From positions 28,960,932-29,024,931 of the forward strand of contig OZ316892.1 of NCBI GenBank assembly GCA_973895155.1: DNA of 64,000 nt, read 5' to 3'. This document shows positions 60,403-64,000 of this stretch, one piece after another. The notes beneath the pieces are model-generated. The model was not told the origin of the DNA. It searched no databases and saw only the letters and a list, made by a program, of their open reading frames with translations. The translations under genes and the position numbers were made by a program. Position 1 is the first letter of the stretch, and each line of letters opens with the position of its first letter. The DNA is from Marsupella aquatica. Lineage: Eukaryota; Plantae; Marchantiophyta.

Positions 60403-63400
60403 ATGATCAATTTTACACAAGGGGATGAAGTGTCATTGGTGATCGATGGATTTGAAACGGCAATTGGGATAGTTCAAAAGGTTGACCCCCAGGATACTAT
60501 ACAGAACATTTGTCTAGGGGACAATCGAATTGGGGTATTGATCGAAAAGTGTTTTGATGGATCGCGTCAACTTCCATTTCCTTCGCCCAAATTTTCTACA
60601 TTGGCTGAAGCAATTGACTCCTGCGTGATTTGGGATTGTGCATTGGCATACTTGAGGTCATCAACTCAGCACCGAAGAATCAATGTCGATGATTTCTCTT
60701 TGGCTGGAAATGATAAATCCAAAGTTGATGCAAGGGTTGAAGAGGACGTGTTCAAGGAAGGAGATGAAGTTCAGATGTTCATTTTTGATCAGTTGGTTGC
60801 AAATGGAGTCGTTTTCAAGACAAATCCGATGGATATTTGTCATACTGAAACACTCGGGGTTGGTCGCATCAGTATAAGAATATCTGATATTGTTAAGGGA
60901 AATCAAAAATTGCCATACTTGCACCCTGGAGCTGATACAATAGAAGAGGCCTTGCATACCTGGGTTATCTGGGATGTTGCGCATGTTTCTAGAAAGGGCA
61001 CTCTACGAGATTTTGGCGTGTTTGGTAGTTCAAATATTTTCAATGATCTTCCATTAAAAGATTTTACACTACGTTCCAACTGGATGGCGGAGGAGGTTGA
61101 TTTGTATGACGCTTCTCGTTGTCGAAAGGTTGCAACAGGTGTTATCACGGTCCCATTTGAAACAGGTGCCATTGACGATGAACTTCTTGGTGCAGATCAT
61201 GTTGGTGTTGCTGTTGTGAATATCAATGAACCCGGATTATTTCCAAATATCCGTGTTGGTACCCCTGGCTTGGTGAGGTGGGAAATCAAATCCCTTCTAT
61301 TGATTTCGTCTCAAAGGTTTCTTGGGGATATCCTTGAGGAAGTTTCAGAGAAGTGGATGGAGTCGGGTCGAACTAAGGGCGATCCGGATTTGGATGGTGA
61401 TGGTAAACCTACAAAAAGACCATACAATTTCATTAGGAGGACAAAAGTTGATCTTGAGGAGAGGAAGAAAAGGCATTTGGAGTCGAGGGCACTTTTGAAA
61501 ATTAACGAGGAGTCCATTGATTCCATCCAAAGAGAAGGTTGTTGCAAGCTGAAGTGTTGCTTGAACATGCCCAGGGAGGACTTAGAGGCAATGAGGAGGG
61601 AATACCATGGAATGTCAAGTGACAACAAAACAAGTCACATCTTTAGTCTCTTTGGGTGTAGAGAGGAGCAAGTCAAGAGAAAGGGATTTTTTGTTCTAAA
61701 GGGACGTGTGGTTTGTAAAGATGCATTTATTAAAATGCATGGGTTCAGTACAACAAAGTACTATGACTACAAAAATCAATACGAAGCTGGTTGCACAATT
61801 GGTTTCCATGGAAATCAGGGACAACGGAAGACACGATCAAGCACTTTGCACGCTCGCGCCTTGTTGGAGTCCCTTTTAATCCAAAATGGGGAACCAATGC
61901 CACATCTTCCCTATGGTGGGTCCAACGGCACTGACACTATTGAATATCGGCTCCCATCTTGTTTTACTAAGAAGGAGATTTTCCAAGAGGTGTTTACCAA
62001 GATGGAATTAGATGGGTTTGCTAAGGTTACTGAAGTTACTATGTACAACATCTGGAAAAACTCATTTGATAATTTTGACTTTCACAAGGGAAGTGCATTT
62101 GCCAAGTGCACATTGTGCACTGAGTTCAAAGATCAATTGATGCGGGAGAAGAGAAAAAAAGAGCGTGCAGAGATTGAAGAGAAAAGAGCTCGACATTTTT
62201 GTGAACAAATGTCAAGAAGATATGTTTACTATGCTCATAGGGTTCTTGCAAAGAAGGATCTTCAAAACTATCTTTGCATTATTCACGATAAGATGGATCA
62301 AGCCAAGACTTGGATCCCCAGGTTGGTCCCCACTCCAAAATCCCTCTCTGGTAGTGGTCAGCCTTTGCCTATTGCTCTTACTGGGATGTTAACCCATGGA
62401 AGAGATCCTGGAGTGTATGCACATTTCAGTTTGACTAGACTTTGGCCTGGAGATGCAGACTTTACCGTGACATCTTTGGCCAAATGCCTCCGAGATTTGG
62501 AAGATTACACAAGAGACAAAACTAGAGACCTTCTTGAGGGATTGAATTGGAATGCAACTAGGCCAATATTTCAGTCCCTTCTAGACTTTGAAGCATTTCT
62601 GGCCGGTTACTTGGAACCCAAAAATGTTTCAATTGTTCGATTTCAAGGCATTGAAGATGGTCAGGAGACTAAAAAGTCAAGCACAGTGGATGTTGGTTCT
62701 AAGGATGATCCTGAGACTACTAGGGGCTCTTTCAAGCCCTTACCAAGGCACCTAATGTTGCAGATGGACAATTCAGGGAAAGATAACAAAAATCAATATG
62801 TGATGGCATTTTGCACTGAGCTTGTTAGCAGGGGGTGTTTGAAACTGTGCAAATGTCATTCCTCATGGTTGGCCACACCCATGAAGACGTGGATGCATTA
62901 TTTTCTCAAGTATCCAAACAGGTCAGATACAAAGAGGTTGCTACCCTCTTGGGGTTGATGGCTGAGGTTTGGGAGTGTGAAAGCATTCATCCTATACCAC
63001 GATTGATTCAAGAGGTTGCATCTTACAAGGAGTATTTGAAAACTTTCCAGGTGAAAGAGATAGAAGGTCACTCAAAACCAGTGGCATTTCTTTTCTCCAT
63101 GAGGGATAATGTGCCAGTGTATCAATATAAAGCACATGTCAAGCAACCTTGGCTTCCGGCAATGGGGAGGTCCATTTGGAGAACTGATCCCATCACAAAT
63201 GCGCTCATTTTACCGGAAGGCCAACCATTTGCAAAACCTATATCTGGGGATGTACAAAAGAAGGCTGGAGAAATCATCCCATTCCTTAATCGCTATATTG
63301 ATTTCTTGAAGAAAAGTTGTAAGGATGAGACCTCTGCAGCATATAAAGAGAGATTTCCTCTGGTCAAATATTGGGAGAATCTTGTGCAAGCACTGTCCGA

Positions 63401-63882
63401 GGAACTTACAATAGAAGGGGAGGGAAAGACATTTGCCATTGACAACTGATTTTTGGCCAAAGACTAACCATGGCACAGGTTACAAGATGATTTTGGGGAC
63501 ATCTCAGCCATCAAGTGAACCTTCTCAAAATCCAGAGATGATGGACCTTCAAAATGAGTACATGGAAGAGATGGAAGATCAAGCTGCACCCTTTGTTGGT
63601 GCACGACAAGAGCGAGAACCTGCACGTTGGATTCCTCTACAAGATATTCAAGAAGGTCACTTTGTATTTTTACGTCCAGAGGATGAATGGGAACAGGAAA
63701 ATGGCAAAGGGCGTTTCTGGTTGGTTCGAGCTTTGGGTGGTGTGGATCCAAACCATGAGGTTCCCTCAATAGATTTGCAACATATTGAAGGGTCTTCTTC
63801 AACGTCTGTTGAGAGCATTCCTCTTAGGAATGCTCCTATGTTCCAAGTACAATGGTGGAGGCCTAAACATGGTAAACATGAT
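60403..63882 (+). pseudogene. Sola-like DDD transposase with three N-terminal TNP1/En-Spm-like repeats; two frameshifts (~62835, ~63435); interrupted at 63883
   Basis: CCKLKC, VCKDAF..HGF, HGNQG, FAKCTLC, IHDKMDQAK, LQMDNSGKDNKN, FLMVGHTHEDVDALFS. ORFs 60403-62958, 62835-63449 and 63433-63957 overlap in shifted frames. Confidence 0.8.
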
Positions 63883-64000
63883 CCCTGGGCCCTTAGCTTA
63901 ACTAATATAAGACCCCCCGTGCGAACAACTCAAGGGGTTTTTAAATCTCTTTTTTGAATAATAGTTATAATCGCTTATAATGTAACAACCCTTCGTTTTA
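63883..64000. mobile_element. Left end of a second CCCTGGGCCCT-TIR element, related to 6670-7665
   Basis: CCCTGGGCCCTTAGCTTAACTAATATAAGACCCCCCGTGCGAACAACTCAAGGGGTTTTTAA versus CCCTGGGCCCTCAGCGTTACTAATACAGGGAGGACGTGCGAACAATGCAAGGGTATTTTTAA at 6670. Confidence 0.85.

Larger units (their letters stand above)
52293..64000. mobile_element. Large putative DNA transposon (transposase plus divergent cargo gene); termini not identified, right end outside the window
   Basis: Head-to-head transposase and cargo gene; both show similarly light decay and carry palindrome arrays. No TIR or TSD was seen, so the linkage is inferred. Confidence 0.55.

Overview
Land-plant nuclear DNA, probably from a non-seed plant (inference from gene content and transposon (TE) types, not established). 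0.9-14 kb holds a Ty1/copia cluster. It includes a deleted/chimeric Tnt1-like copia, an RT/RNaseH fragment, and a near-complete Bianca-type copia with 107-bp identical LTRs, an ACAAG target-site duplication (TSD) and a half-tRNA-Ile primer-binding site (PBS); a ~1-kb terminal-inverted-repeat (TIR) element is nested in its RNase H. 15.7-22.6 kb is an 8-exon CLC anion/H+ transporter whose 4th intron contains a mitochondrial nad7 fragment (NUMT) and a MITE. 24-34 kb is old repeats and fold-back MITEs. 38.7-48.7 kb has three host genes on the minus strand: an intronless APC5 starting only ~150 bp after the stop of an RPB7/NRPE7-like gene, then PsbQ. 52-64 kb is the most unusual part, a large putative DNA transposon with two divergent genes. 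One is a frameshifted Sola-like DDD transposase preceded by three TNP1-like repeats. The other is a 5-exon cargo gene that, by splice-phase analysis, fuses a ParB/Srx-like domain, an amino-(N6A/N4C)-DNA-methyltransferase-like domain and an FCP1/SCP HAD phosphatase in one ~1,680-codon frame; its introns carry iterated GC-rich palindromes. All family calls come from motif recognition by eye; no searches were run.
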